DNA of 63,681 nucleotides, the filler included. It is 17 parts of 17 records of this genome, joined end to end, with 100 filler letters (N's around TTAATTAATTAA, not from the genome) between each part and the next. Parts side by side here need not be neighbours in the genome. Positions count along the whole stretch, not along the records: positions 11,437 to 13,698 come from SRR9188676_2159; positions 13,799 to 17,488 come from SRR9188676_2183; positions 17,589 to 20,411 come from SRR9188676_2186; positions 20,512 to 24,096 come from SRR9188676_2203; positions 24,197 to 26,458 come from SRR9188676_2204; 12 more parts are not named here. One strand, given 5' to 3'. Of the stretch, positions 11,656 to 24,374 are shown piece by piece. Made by a program: the position numbers and the translations under genes. Position 1 is the first letter of the stretch. Each line of letters begins with the position of its first letter. The notes under the pieces are model-generated. The model was not told where the DNA came from. It made no database searches and was given only the letters and a program-made list of their open reading frames with translations.

Positions 11656-13542
11656 ATGAGTTTTGAATTACGAGTTGCCAACAAGTACCGGTTGGGACGG
11701 AAGATTGGTCAAGGATCCTATGGTGACGTTTATTTGGGAACTGATGTGAATACAGATGAAGAAGTAGCCGTCAAACTTCAGAAGAAGACGAGACAGCAGA
11801 GCACAGGCCACTCTCATCAACCCGTGAATGAGTCTCGAGTATACAAGATCTTGGGAGGAGAAAGTAAGTATCTCTCTCGATATCCACATCCTCACTTGCT
11901 CCCGTTGTTCTGATCGTGGATGCATCGCATTTTCCGGTTCAGCGTGCCGGCCTTCAAATCCTTGTCATATAACTGGATAATCGTCCATTCTTAAACCAGT
12001 TCTGAATACAATCTGCGGATATATTTTGTCAGTCAAAATCGATCTCCTGTGGAGTGCCGACCTTGTGCTGAGAGTACTTTCTTTGAACCTGCTACTCTTT
12101 TTTTGCTTTTTGCATCTATGGCTTTTCGAGACGATACTCGAATTAAATTGCACTAAATATCATATTTTCGCCCAAAATATTGTCGAAAATCAGCTGATGT
12201 GAACTTTGCACATCTCTCCTCAACCAAGAATCAAACAAGAATTACTGTCGTGGCGAAAGAAGAACTAGGAAAATCGCGGAGCAAGCGATGACAAGGAATC
12301 CTACTCTTTCATTTTATACTGATAAAAAACATACTATTTTGAATGTGTGAGAAAAAATCAAAGTCAGATTAGATCTATTTCCTCCAGGATTTTTCGCCAG
12401 CTTCAAGGAAAGAAGATCCGATATAATCAAGAAACCTGAGTTGGACAATCAACCGTGAGTTATGCATAGAGAGGATGTTGACTGATCCAGGCCGCATGAA
12501 AACCCCCGGAATCGCCCCTATCGCTTTTTCATTCATCTGATAATGTTTGAATAAAATCTTGATCGAGATCGATTTCCTGTTGAATATTTTCGAACTATCT
12601 TTCGCTGGACCGGACAAAGAGTTTGGAGGAGAAACATCACATTTCCTCTCGGGTCAAGCCTCAAACAAAAACGCTATATTTTTCGCATTCTCATGTGTTT
12701 CTTTGGGGGTTTGGATGTATTCTCAGCTGGCGTCCCGAATCTCCATTTTTATGGTCAACAAGGTGACTATGACATACTTGTTCTGGATCTCCTTGGTCCT
12801 AGCCTCGATGATCTATTCAAATCATGCGGACGCCGATTCAGCTTGAAGACCGTCTTGATGCTCGCCGATCAAATGGTTGTTCCATTCGTTTTCTCTCGCT
12901 TTCCTTTCATCTTTTTCAGTAGTTCTAAACTATTCTAATTTGGATGGCAGATTTCCCGCCTCGAGACCCTGCATCGCAAGTCCTACATCCACTGCATCAG
13001 GCCTGAGAATTTCGGCACGAAGGTATGAACCGCGCTTCTGGTCAGTAGGAATTAATGGACACTAGCGCAGTCAGTCATTCATTCATCCCACAATGCTTGT
13101 CCCTGTGGTGCGAGCTTGGCACCACTTTATAAAGAGTGGGGTGGCCCGTGATTCTGAACCATAATATTCTTTGTGTCACTCAGCTCAGCTCGCACGTCGG
13201 ATAGCTCATTGTTATCTAGCTTCACGCAGCGACGCAGTCTGTACACATAGTCATAGAGAATAGTCGTTCGAGCCACGAATGCGTGAGATAAATGCCACAC
13301 AAGACCACATTCACGCGGTTGTGTACAGAGCCTGATTTTCCAATGACTCCAATGACTTGCAAAGAGGATATATTTTTCCAATCATATCCAATACATTCGT
13401 GATTTGTTAATTTGTAAACCTTTGTGCTCGCGCAACCCTTCATTTCTCATTTCTTACTCCCTCCTTCCTCAGGCTGATGTGGTATATCTTATCGATTATG
13501 GTCTGGCGATGAAGTACGAAGACCCCAAGACTCACCAACACA
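11656..13542 (+). CDS. Casein kinase 1-like protein with a degenerate catalytic loop (putative pseudokinase), 3' truncated
   Basis: Exons 11656-11863, 12727-12875, 12951-13022 and 13473-13542. CK1 motifs: [58 protein letters not shown]. The catalytic loop reads [10 protein letters not shown]. Confidence 0.9.
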
Positions 13543-13644
13543 GTACGTAATTTTACTATGGTTTCATCTTTAATGATGGGTAGTAAGGGATAGTCCCAGC
13601 CTTACTAATCTACAATCCTATGAATTATGTCAATTGTAGTGTAC

Positions 13645-13698
13645 TTAACCATCCTCACATTTTCATCGATGCCCATTCACATTCTACCATTTCCATTC
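13645..13698 (+). repeat. Copy 1 of a dispersed repeat (..TTCTACCATTTCCATTC), at a contig end
   Basis: Aligns by eye with 56918-56988, 61136-61213 and 63601-63681. Confidence 0.7.
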
Positions 13699-13798
13699 NN
13701 NNNNNNNNNNNNNNNNNNNNNNNNNNNNNNNNNNNNNNNNNNTTAATTAATTAANNNNNNNNNNNNNNNNNNNNNNNNNNNNNNNNNNNNNNNNNNNN

Positions 13799-15801
13799 CG
13801 CTGTGCAGTTTGCGAGGGTTGACTGTACGAGCTGACGTGTTCAATAATTGATGAAAAATACATATTGGAATATGTTTCCTTTGGCAGGATTATCTTTTCT
13901 TTTTTCGGAGATTGTGTCCAAGATCCGGGGTAAGAGTCGAGGTAATTTGTTTTTTCTCTTCAAATCAGACAGGGACGGTGTCTGAATGAATGTTTTTGCC
14001 ACACGTACGTAGGGATATGCGCTGTATGGGTAGGGGTAAGGCATGGCACCAGGCATGGGCATGGGCATAGCGGGCATGGGCGGGTAGCCAGGATAGGGTG
14101 CCGTCACGGAGGAGTATGAGGGGTAGTAGGCTGACGCTGCAGCGGCGGCCGCAGTGGTGTCTGTGGTTGTGGTTGATGATGATGATGATGTTGAAGATGT
14201 TGCGGTAGGGTTCTTGGCTTTGAATTGCTCATACGCACTTTTCACGGTGTCTATGAGATTCTACACAATGAACAATAACCGAGGGTATGAGGAACAATCA
14301 AACAATAGACCTCTGGAATGCTTTGTAAATCGACAGAACAAGAATCAACGTGAAATAATGATCAATGTGTGGAGTACGATGAAGAGAGACTCACCTGTGC
14401 AAGGTCTGTGGCCTTCTTGAATGATTCTTCCTGGGAGCTTTCGATATACAAATACAAAGGCTGCGAAAGAATGTGAGCAAATATTTCCAAAACAAGAAAA
14501 TAATCGAATGGATGCACCTCAGTGGAGTCAGGATCCATCGTTGAGCCCCGACCCCGAATTGTCACGCGCGCATTGCTTTCCGAGGTGATGTGCTTGAGGT
14601 ACTACGAGAGAGAGATGAGGAACATGGTCCGGGAAGAAGGGAGGCGAGTACATACCGAGCCTTTCGTGCCAAGGATTCGACCAAAAAGGCCGAATCCTGC
14701 GAGGTCTTCCATGTCCAAGAATAGTTTCGTTTCAAACTACATTCAGAAAAACACAACGATATAAAAAGTTCATTTAAAGTTGCTGTATATTGACGCAAGA
14801 ATGAAAGGAAACAAAGAAGGAAGAGGGAAAGAGGAAACGAGTAAAGATAAGAGGGATGTCTGACAAAAGGGCCTTCAGATCGGCATCCTTAACCACTTGC
14901 GCGAAAAAACGAAATATTGGGATGAGGATGAAAGTTGGCTGTCCGATCACTCACGACAAGTCAGAGAGAGAAATTTAGCGTATCCTGCTCAAGCAACTAA
15001 TGTGATATGGAGTCATCAATTTCTGCTCGAAGCTATAATATCAAAGACTGTCTTGAATGAAGCAGATATGAGGGATGCTTACCTCTGATTTTTTTTGGGC
15101 GGGCTTTTCCGGCCGAGTCGGCTTTTCAGGCTTGGCTTCTTCCATCTTTGTATGGATCATAGCAACAGCTTTATCAATCTAAAACAAACATCAAAATGAG
15201 TGAACCCTGTGAGGAAAAGCAAAACCTGGAAGGTGTCCCACCATCTCTCGATCATCACCTTCAATTTCGATTGTCAACGGCTTCTCAAAACTGAAAAAAA
15301 AATCAGACAAAATGATTAGAAAGTTACTTATGCTGAGAATGACAAACAACTATTCTTGAGATACTGACCGATTTCTTTGAGGAAGGTATTTTCCTCTTAC
15401 ATTGACTGTCGTTCGTGTGACACGAGCAACCTGAAGTGATCAGATAATTAAGAATCAGTTGGAAATACAAAATTATAAGAGTCAATGAATCACCTCGTCC
15501 AGGAAAGCGCTCTTTGTGAGGGCGTATCGCTTATGAGGTGGTTGATCATTGATATCAATTTCTTCAGAACATGAAGCTTGTGGTGCCATCTTTTCTAGTG
15601 TTTGACTAATTTTTCGAGCAGCCTCTTCTGCGCGCTTTTTAGCCAATAACATGGCTTCTTCTTGGCCGGGCGCAGCCTCATCCCACTTCCTCTTCTTTCT
15701 GCTCAGGAAGAAACCAAGCAACAGAATGAGTCCTTTTTAGTCGTTGCCTTATCCTCGTACAATGTTCCATACTCTTTCTTTTGGTCAGAATAAGTCATCA
15801 T
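13799..15801 (-). CDS. KHDC4: KH-domain protein KHDC4/BLOM7/RIK-like (multi-exon, 3' truncated)
   Basis: Spliced: KKRKWDE..EEIDIND..RYALTK..|VARVTRTTVNVRGKY|..KPLTIEIEG..|FETKLFL..GRILGTKGS|YLKHITSESNARVTIRGRGS..|PLYLYIES..|NLIDTV, followed by a Tyr/Pro-rich tail. Confidence 0.85.
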
Positions 15802-15915
15802 GAAGTGTAAAACAGGTGAATTGTAGTGACAGATTCGGCGTGGAAAAAAGCACGACAATCTTGTCATGTCAGGTGGTTCGGATGAACAATCTCTTGACAT
15901 TTGGAAAGAAAAAAA

Positions 15916-16888
15916 ATGGCCGAGGTCGGAAAGCTTTTCCGAATTCGCAAGACAGTCAACCAGATGCTCAAGGTCGGAGACGACTTGAATAATATCTATT
16001 TTGTCTATGCTTAACTTGCATATTTTTAGGATCGAGGATACAACGTATCCAAGACCGAGAGTGAGAAGACTCTGGAGAATTTCACTCAACAATTCTCTGA
16101 GAACCCTTCTCGAGAAAATCTGACAATCTTGGTAACATATTCTATTCTTTTGTCTGATTCCCGAGAAATGACTCACCCATATCCCAGGCGCGAATGGAAG
16201 GCAACCCGACCGAACAGATCTTCGTGTTCTTCCCTGATGAGGAAAAGGTAGCCTGCGCTTCATTTCCAGAACAAAGTATATGTATAGTAGTATTAATAAT
16301 TATTTTGCTATAGCTTGGTGTTGGAACGATCCGAAAATATCACGATCGCATGCGAGATGAAGGTGTCGCGCGTGCTATCATTGTTCTTCGCGGTGCAATT
16401 ACAGCCTTCGCCAAGACCGTATGTGGATCTTACCTCTGATTTCTATTTTGCCAGCAAACAAGTTCTTATATGGAGATTTCCATCTCTAGGCCCTCCAAGA
16501 GCTCTCGAACAAGTATATCATGGAAACTTTTGAAGAGAAGGAATTGATGGTGAATATTACGGAACATATTCTTGTACCCAAACATCTTTTGCTAAATCCA
16601 GAGGAGAAAGAGGTACGTTTCCATTTTTGCATTGTTTTTTGTTTCAAGATTATTCACTTCTAGTTTTCATAGGCCCTGCTCAAGAGGTATAATCTGAAGC
16701 AAGACCAACTTCCTCGAATCCAATTTTCTGATCCTGTTGCACGTTACTATGGTCTTCAACGTGGTCAAGTACGTGCTTTTCTCCCTCTTCGACGTTCAAT
16801 TCCTAATCATCTTATTCTCTAGGTGGTGAAGATCGTCCGTCCTTCCGAAACTGCAGGCCGATACGTCACCTACCGACTCGTCATTTAA
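15916..16888 (+). CDS. RPB5: RNA polymerase I/II/III common subunit RPABC1, complete 7-exon gene
   Basis: Exons 15916-15972, 16030-16131, 16188-16247, 16314-16418, 16490-16612, 16673-16768 and 16823-16888. Motifs [64 protein letters not shown]. Confidence 0.97.
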
Positions 16889-18037
16889 ATACGAGACCTT
16901 CCTTACACAAATTTGATATATATCATAAGCGATTGCGTTTCAATGCACGTAACATCCGCCGTTCATATCCGCCGTTCATATTTCGGCTGTCAGACTTTGC
17001 TTAATCTATTATCCGCATTTCCTCTTCCCGTCACGATTCTTCATTCCTGATTCTTGAGGCAATGTTTAGATACACATGCTGATCTTTCATGTAGAGTGAA
17101 CAGACATGTCCATACTACATACAGCTCAGGACATTCTTCAGTTCTTCAGATCCCACATCACTCGATCACCGAGCAGAGCAGAATGCCATGAATGCCATCC
17201 AATCATAGATGAAATATTCACACTGTTCCGTTGTTTTCCAATTCTCAAGAATAAATGCGTCATTATTATTGTTATTATGACCTTTCCTCCCGACTTAGTG
17301 ACTTCGGCAATAGTGACCTGAGCAGACCTGAGCGCGATGTGAATATGCGAAATACGGAATCCGTGAATAATACATTTGATACATAATCTCGGTAGATTGG
17401 TTAGATACTCGATTATGTTCATCCAAATCCAAATCAACATGCCAGGCATGCTTGCTATCGTCGTTTAATAGAAAATGATTGGATCTTANNNNNNNNNNNN
17501 NNNNNNNNNNNNNNNNNNNNNNNNNNNNNNNNTTAATTAATTAANNNNNNNNNNNNNNNNNNNNNNNNNNNNNNNNNNNNNNNNNNNNAGCGGAAGATTA
17601 AAATGATCGAGAGGGTAGGGGGATTAGGAATAAAATGAAAAGTGAAGTGAAGATTTGTATTAGAGAACAAGAGATGTCAGGAAGATGGGAAACTCAGCCT
17701 CACAATGGCACACAATGGGGAAAATAACAAATCGGCTTTAATCCTAGACCCACTATGAAATCCATACCCAAAAGTCCTGAATGTGACGTGTAACCCACGG
17801 CACACCTTTTCCCCAAAGTATATGGTCCCAATGAAAAATGAGAGATACCAGATGTCACATTCGTAGAGCCTGGTAGAACATGCAATGGTATGATGAAGCT
17901 CGATGGAGGTGGTTGATTCATGATCTGTTCTTAAGTCACCTAATATCAAGGGCGCACTCAGCGGAGAAACCAGAGGGTCCTACAACTTAATCAACGTCCG
18001 TGTTCCCACATCGAGAGAAGCATCGTACTCGGCGACT

Positions 18038-20195
18038 TTAACTCTGAATAGGAGCAGGGGTAAGGGCGGAAAGCTGTGAGGGGGAGAGCCACACGGTGGG
18101 GTCGCGGCCGAGCGCGATATCAGCATTGATGCGGGACTCTTGCATGGGGGACAGCTTCGCGTTTGAGGCCCTGCCCCACTGCTTCAGCTGGCGGGCGTAG
18201 TCGCTAGGCTCGGCAGGATTCACGTCCCGCCGCTTGCTCACCACGCGGATCTCGATGTGGCTTTGCCACCGGTTGCCAAAGCGCAGGTCACACACTTCAC
18301 GAGCTTGCTGCGCCTGTGTGGGGTAACAGAAATGGACGCAGAGGATGCATGGAGCGAGAAAATGGAGAGAAGTGGAGTATGGAGAGAAAGGAATAAGCTC
18401 ATAAATGGCCAGATCATTGTACATACACATAAGATAGGCAGATAGAGAGGGAAAGGAGAGGCCAAGAGAGTCAGTATGATTACTCAATAATTGAACTACA
18501 CAGTATAATCTCAGAAAATGAATCAAATGGAGGGAAGAGGTGAGCGATCGTGGCGAAAGCGTCGTATTCTCGCGAAATACGCTCACAACCAAATTATGCG
18601 TCATCTTTTGGATGCGCCGTGATTTCGCGAGAATACAGTATAAAGATTGCTATTCGTGCGCGGTTGGGACTGGAGAAACGTGCGGCCACTGGAGAATGCG
18701 GAAATTCAGAGACAAGATGAAAGAGCACTCACTCGCCGCCCGCATCTATTATTATATTCATCGTCATCATCATTTATTGCTTTCCCACAATGAGCAAGAG
18801 CGAGAGTGTGGATCAGGACTTACAGACATACAATCCCGAAAATACACGAGAGAAACATGCGACTTACCGCCTCTTCACTGAAGGGATATATTCCGGAGAC
18901 CCTCATGTTGGGGATCTCGAAGACTTGCTTCGTGAGAGTGGGGAGTGTCAGGCCGTGTCGCGATGAGTACGTCACTACTACTACCTGGAGATGGAGGAGG
19001 GAAAGGTTCGGGGAGGAGGGAAAGTAGGAGGGAGCAAGAGACTCAATATTCGAAGAAAAGGTAATATGCGAATGCATATCTCTTAATTCTCAGATTGTAT
19101 TCGTTCAACCTGCGTGATCTTCTTAGGGGGAGGAGGGGGGGCGTACGAAAGAATCTTGGCCGAACAAAGAACCACCCCTGCGCTCCCCCCTGAAACAGAC
19201 TTTACGATTTCGGCTACGACTCGTGCGTTTCGCCAATTACAGGAATAACTACTTTCTTCGATTTGTCTCGATTAAGAGTACTCTGCATGATATTCTAGGA
19301 TGTTTTGTTTCCTCTATTTATCTGATGATGTATAGTTAACTCTCTCATTTTCATGACTTTCCCATAAATATAACTGAATATGCTGAGAGAGGGAACTGCA
19401 TTTCGGCACACTTCAACACGTCAGGCCGCGAGAGAATTGACTGTCGGAGGGTATTTGTGGCTGATGGAGGATGCTTCAAGACAGATTGCGTTGAAAAATG
19501 AGAAATGCGTCGATGTCTGGAAGGAGGTGCATAAGAGAAAAAAAGAAAAAAAAACGGAGAAAGCCGGACAGATTGTCATGATGATCAGTTTGTCGAAAAC
19601 TCCATACCTCCGATTCGTTGATGTATGCAGGCTGCGTGTGGATAACACCCGGGATTTGCATGATCTCCTCTTGGGCACTCCAGAAGCACGGCACGCCGTA
19701 GATGGCATGGTGGCAGAACTGTGCCTGCTCTCCCTCCTCCTGAGCAAGTCTGAAATCGTTCACACCAAGACGTAAACCAATTTAGATAATATCATCTATA
19801 ACGAGATTTGATGAAGCTCAAGATGTCCAAAACTAGTGGATATGGATGACCCATAAGAAAAGTGCCATAATCAACGAAGAAAAGTTCAGGAACTAAGAGA
19901 AGATTCTCTGTTCTCACTCCAACTGCATCTCATTTGTCTCAGTCCACTCTCTGAGTAGATTCAGCCTTGTCCTCTCTCGTCTCGGATCTTCTTCATTTTG
20001 GCGCCATGATATGATATGGTAGTATGATCTCGGTATGGGTCGGGCAATTGGTTTGGGATGGGATGGTAGAGACGTATGATATTATGATATGATATGTAAT
20101 GGTGCAGATACGTACTTGAGATAGTTTGGCACGGGTTTGCCCATCGCCCGAAGTGCATCCATCATGCGGGTGGTTATGTCGTATGCCGTGTGGAT
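18038..20195 (-). CDS. MsrA-like protein resembling the C-terminal half of bacterial VPGUxxT thioredoxin-like (seleno)proteins; 5' truncated
   Basis: Exons 20116-20195, 19608-19749, 18868-18984 and 18038-18313 splice in frame: MMDALRAMGKPVPNYLKLAQEE..AIYGVPCFWSAQEEIMQIPGVIHTQPAYINESEVVVVTY..LSPMQESRINADIALGRDPTVWLSPSQL. Confidence 0.75.
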
Positions 20196-20715
20196 CTGCA
20201 AAGAGTGTGATGTTTATGTGAGCGAGGAAATTGTTGATCGGATGGTTCAACTCATTCAGGGGCATTATACCATATCAAAACAGTTAACGGTTTCTCAATT
20301 CGTGATCCCACGATGTGATTTCAGCAAAGGAAGGAAGCAATATCAGTGAAAGCAAGAATTGTGATAATGTGTTCGGATAAAATAATTTATGTCGGGTAAG
20401 ATTCGTCTCGGNNNNNNNNNNNNNNNNNNNNNNNNNNNNNNNNNNNNNNNNNNNNTTAATTAATTAANNNNNNNNNNNNNNNNNNNNNNNNNNNNNNNNN
20501 NNNNNNNNNNNTCTCTCTCTCTCTCTATCTATCTATCTCTGTCTGTCTCTCTCCTTATGTGTATGGATATGTATAAATAAATAAGCTCAATATGGAGAGA
20601 ATATTTTAGATGTGTGGTGTGTCCAAAGCATCCCTCTCTCTAGAAAACAAAGCAAGAAATAGAATGTATCTGCCGTGAAGGGTCATGTAATGCAAACAAT
20701 GAGAAGAATACACAC

Positions 20716-21806
20716 CTTCCGATCTGGAAAGCAGATTTGCTTCAATGCGTTGATAATATTGGACCTGTACAGATTGCAAAATGTGAGCTCAGAGAATCGA
20801 ACCACAGTATACAAGAGCAAGCATACCTTTCGATCAAACTCTTCCCGCTCAAGACCGCTGGCCGCGCGCTGCTGAGGATAAAGCTCCTATCCAGAGAAAA
20901 CAAAGGGAACACAAGAAGTAAAGACGATGGATGGAACGGGAGGGGGAATACAAGAAAAAACATCAAGAAATCAGTGATCGAACTGACTACTTCTGAAACA
21001 AATATCAGATAATGTGTTAATCGCTTCAATAAAAAAAAAACCGAGATCTTTCAGCACAGGACAAACAGAGAGACTGACAAACCTGCAGCGTTTTTCGAGT
21101 TGCTGTGAGAGCTTGATTGATTTGGTTCAAGGTTTCCGGAATATGCACTTGATACGAAGGTTGCATTAACACTTTCAATTGAGTTAATATTTCATCTGGG
21201 ATCGGACGATTCGAGAGTAAGTAACCATAGGCAGCACACTGTAGATGCATTCATTGCATGGTATTAGTTTAGAGGACTCGCAATGCGATTCCGAGAGAAA
21301 ATTCAGTGCATTACCTGCAATTTTAGGATTTTAAATTGATTTTCCTGAAAGAGTTGGGGAGGTGTGTTCTGGTCCTTTATGGGGTCAAAGTCAAGAGGAG
21401 TGGCAGCCAGGCCAAGTGTACCTGGCTGTTTCACAATGAAGGGAAAACGAAGTTGCTCCCCTCGGAGAAGTCGTAATAATGTAACATATCGAGAATCATT
21501 GGGAGACACGCCTTCCGTTCGGAGTAGCGCGAGAACACGAATCAGGTGTTGCGCATCCGAGCTTCTTGGTTTTGGAGTAGTCGCCGGTGTCTGTTGCTGT
21601 TGAGAGGCAGAGGATGCCTCAGAGTTGGTTTCTTGTTTAATAGAGTTATTTTGTTCGGAATTAACCGGGTCTTCCTCTGCAGAAGCACCAACACTGGAAT
21701 CCTGATCTGTTGCTTGGTTTAGCTGAGTGTCCACAGTGTTGGTGTACGAAAGTTCAGATAATTCATGATCTTCGGATGGGGGTAAGCCAGAACCCCATGT
21801 ATTCAT
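20716..21806 (-). CDS. QLQ-domain protein, probable SWI/SNF ATPase (SNF2/BRM) N-terminus; 3' truncated
   Basis: Exons 21315-21806 and 21083-21238 give LFQENQFKILKLQ|CAAYGYLLSNRPIPDEILTQL (QLQ). Small downstream exons read RAASGLEREEFDRK|VQYYQRIEANL. Confidence 0.7.
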
Positions 21807-22192
21807 CCTCTAGACATAGTACGAGGCAATCTAACTATGGTAAATGGACGCAGGCTTTGGAAGGCGGGAAAGTCAAACTTTGAACTGTCGTACAGTTGTA
21901 GGATAGATCCCAGATGACTTGAGAAACTCGAAAGCCTAGCAAAAACAGATCACAGAGAGCAGGAAATAGCGCCCAAGGCAGATGCGATGCGATACGATGT
22001 GACCAACAAATCTCTTTTTTTTGAGTATGTTCGACTGCCTTTCTCTCAGAGCATTCGGCTAGGGGGGTAGCACGGGTGCCTTCAGCTCGACAGGTTCTTC
22101 CTTCTTACCCCCCTATGGATCTAGATCTCGAGGTGTACAAACTTCATCAATCAAATCTTTCTCTTTTTCGCTTCTTCTCCTGACAAGAAGGC

Positions 22193-24096
22193 ATGACAGA
22201 TCGAGTGGTAGATGGAAAGGCGTGCTGCTTTCTCTGAATCTGCCTGCTCTTCTCATGAGTGCATATGATCTTCCAGCCACATTCTCCCAGATCCCTGGGA
22301 AATGGGCTTGCTGGAAATGCTCAGTCCTCGTAGCGGATCATCATCTCATCTGTCCCTTATGCAAGGCATCCAAGCGTACGTCTTGCCAGATAATCTTCAT
22401 TTCTCTTTTTTATTTATCCATTCTGTGCTCTAGTTGCCCCAAAATATGTCGCAGTTCAACTTCATAGGCTTCTCCTTGAGAATGGTGGTACTTTCCCTTT
22501 GGCGGGAGTCGAGTTTCCGACACAGGATGCAATGCATTCTGCACCAGTAGAACGGAGAGGCGGGAAGCGTGTTGCGAAGATGCGAGGGCGCAAGAAGGCC
22601 GATCGCCCTCCACTTCCACCTGGTGAGGTTCATGCAGTGTGATGTGTAATGTGTTTTTAGGCTTGGTTCTGATTGAGTAAGAGTGAGATTGGGTGAGATT
22701 ATCATGAGTGGAGTCCGTCACATGCATAGCAACCTCGGCATGCTCAGTGCAGTTTGGTGGGCATTTTCCAGGGGTGGTTTGACTTTGTTTTTTTCTGTTC
22801 TTACAAAGAAAGAAGCCTCAGCATTTGACCCATCAATTCAGAAAACTACTCCTGTTGATTTGGAAGATATTCTCGGACGTTTGCGTGAACGCGAGATCTA
22901 TGTTCATTCAAAGCATTCAAACATCAATCTCTTCCTGTTTCTCTTATTTCCAACCTTATTTTCCCCATTCTTTTGCAGATCAACCGCTAGAGACCCAAGC
23001 TGAGGCTGACTCCCTCTTTTCGATTTCCCTCGCCGATCCATTCACTGAAATGTTTGGGTTTGATGGCATCTCGCATCCAGAGGATGAGGTGAGCTTCATC
23101 AATTGCTTTTATTTTTGCGTAAACTTTCTCTGACCATGACGATGTTTAGGACGTAAATGCCGATGATAGTCGAGAAGCACACGAATTTGGAGAGGGTATG
23201 GACCAGGACATGGGTGATTCTCTTGATGCAGGCCGGGCTGCTCTCACCTCTGAGCATGTCAATGGGTTCCACGGATTCCTCGACTCTCTTGATTCCGAAC
23301 ATACCGAGAATGACGAGACTGTCACGCCGGGATCTGAATCCAGTCCAATTCAGATCCGGATTAATTTCCCTAAGCCGAGGCATGAGGTATTGTTCGATCG
23401 CGATCGCCCCATCAGGAATATCCCACAGAAATATTTGGCTGACTTTACTCAATGTCTTCGTGATCAGCCTCATCAGCCTGTCCCTCTATCCTTCTATCCT
23501 CTGACAATAATTCCCCCTTCTTTCCCTCTTTCAGGGGCGCGATATCGATGATCTTGATGACCCCATGAGTCCAAAAGATCGCGATGTAGGTCTTGAACCT
23601 ATGTCTGAGCCGCCCTTTAACCTTCCTCAGACACCTGCAAATCAGGTAATAGTTAATGAGCCGATGCTCGATCTTTCATCGCTTGATGGTGCTACCGATT
23701 TCATCTTTTATCTGATCCATAGACGACCTTCAAGGGCGCATAGATGGGGCTGGGACCGCAATTTCTCTTCAGATGGATCCTTACCACCATCCTCTGAGAG
23801 CCGGATCTCACCCGCGGGGCATTAGACATCTTTCAGAATGAACATTGTTCAGAATTCATGTGTCAACGGCACACACCTAATCAACTCGAGATGATCTGGT
23901 GCAAAGCTCGATCGCGCAGTCTTTTTTATCTCTATATCATGCCTGTCAGTTTCCTCATTCTGTGGCTGTTTCGAGAGTCTCAAAAATTCGCCTCCCCGGG
24001 CTCTAAGAAAACTGTTCCGAGATCAACCCGAGTACAGTCTATTCCGATGGGAAAACGTGATCACGATGCCAGTTCGAGGTCGATGAGACAGTCCGG
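22193..24096 (+). CDS. RanBP2-type zinc-finger protein (multi-exon, downstream exons uncertain)
   Basis: MTDRV|IPGKWACWKCSVLVADHHLICPLCKASK fits W-x-C-x2-C-x10-C-x2-C and is followed by acidic low-complexity exons. Confidence 0.55.
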
Positions 24097-24374
24097 NNNN
24101 NNNNNNNNNNNNNNNNNNNNNNNNNNNNNNNNNNNNNNNNTTAATTAATTAANNNNNNNNNNNNNNNNNNNNNNNNNNNNNNNNNNNNNNNNNNNNAGAA
24201 AGAAAGAAAGAAAGAGAGAGAAAAAAGCTCATCATCTCCAAAATCACTGCATCTATTGCTAAAATACCACAACAGTTAAAGTAGAGCAGAGAGTTAGAGA
24301 ACGGTCGTGGCGGAGGAGGTCATAGAAGAGGAATGATCGGATTGAGGTGAGGGGAGAGTGAGAGGACTGAAATA

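Noticed and set aside
14961-15020. C/D-box snoRNA (TTGATGA..CTGA) in a KHDC4 intron
   Set aside because: Short, with no convincing terminal stem or recognisable rRNA guide.
15703-16533. ORF-track proteins overlapping RPB5
   Set aside because: They are antisense or off-frame readings; the spliced RPB5 explains the region.
17589-18037. SECIS element downstream of the MsrA-like gene
   Set aside because: By eye, no RUGA..AA..GA arrangement has the correct spacing. This needs SECISearch, and the UTR may be truncated.
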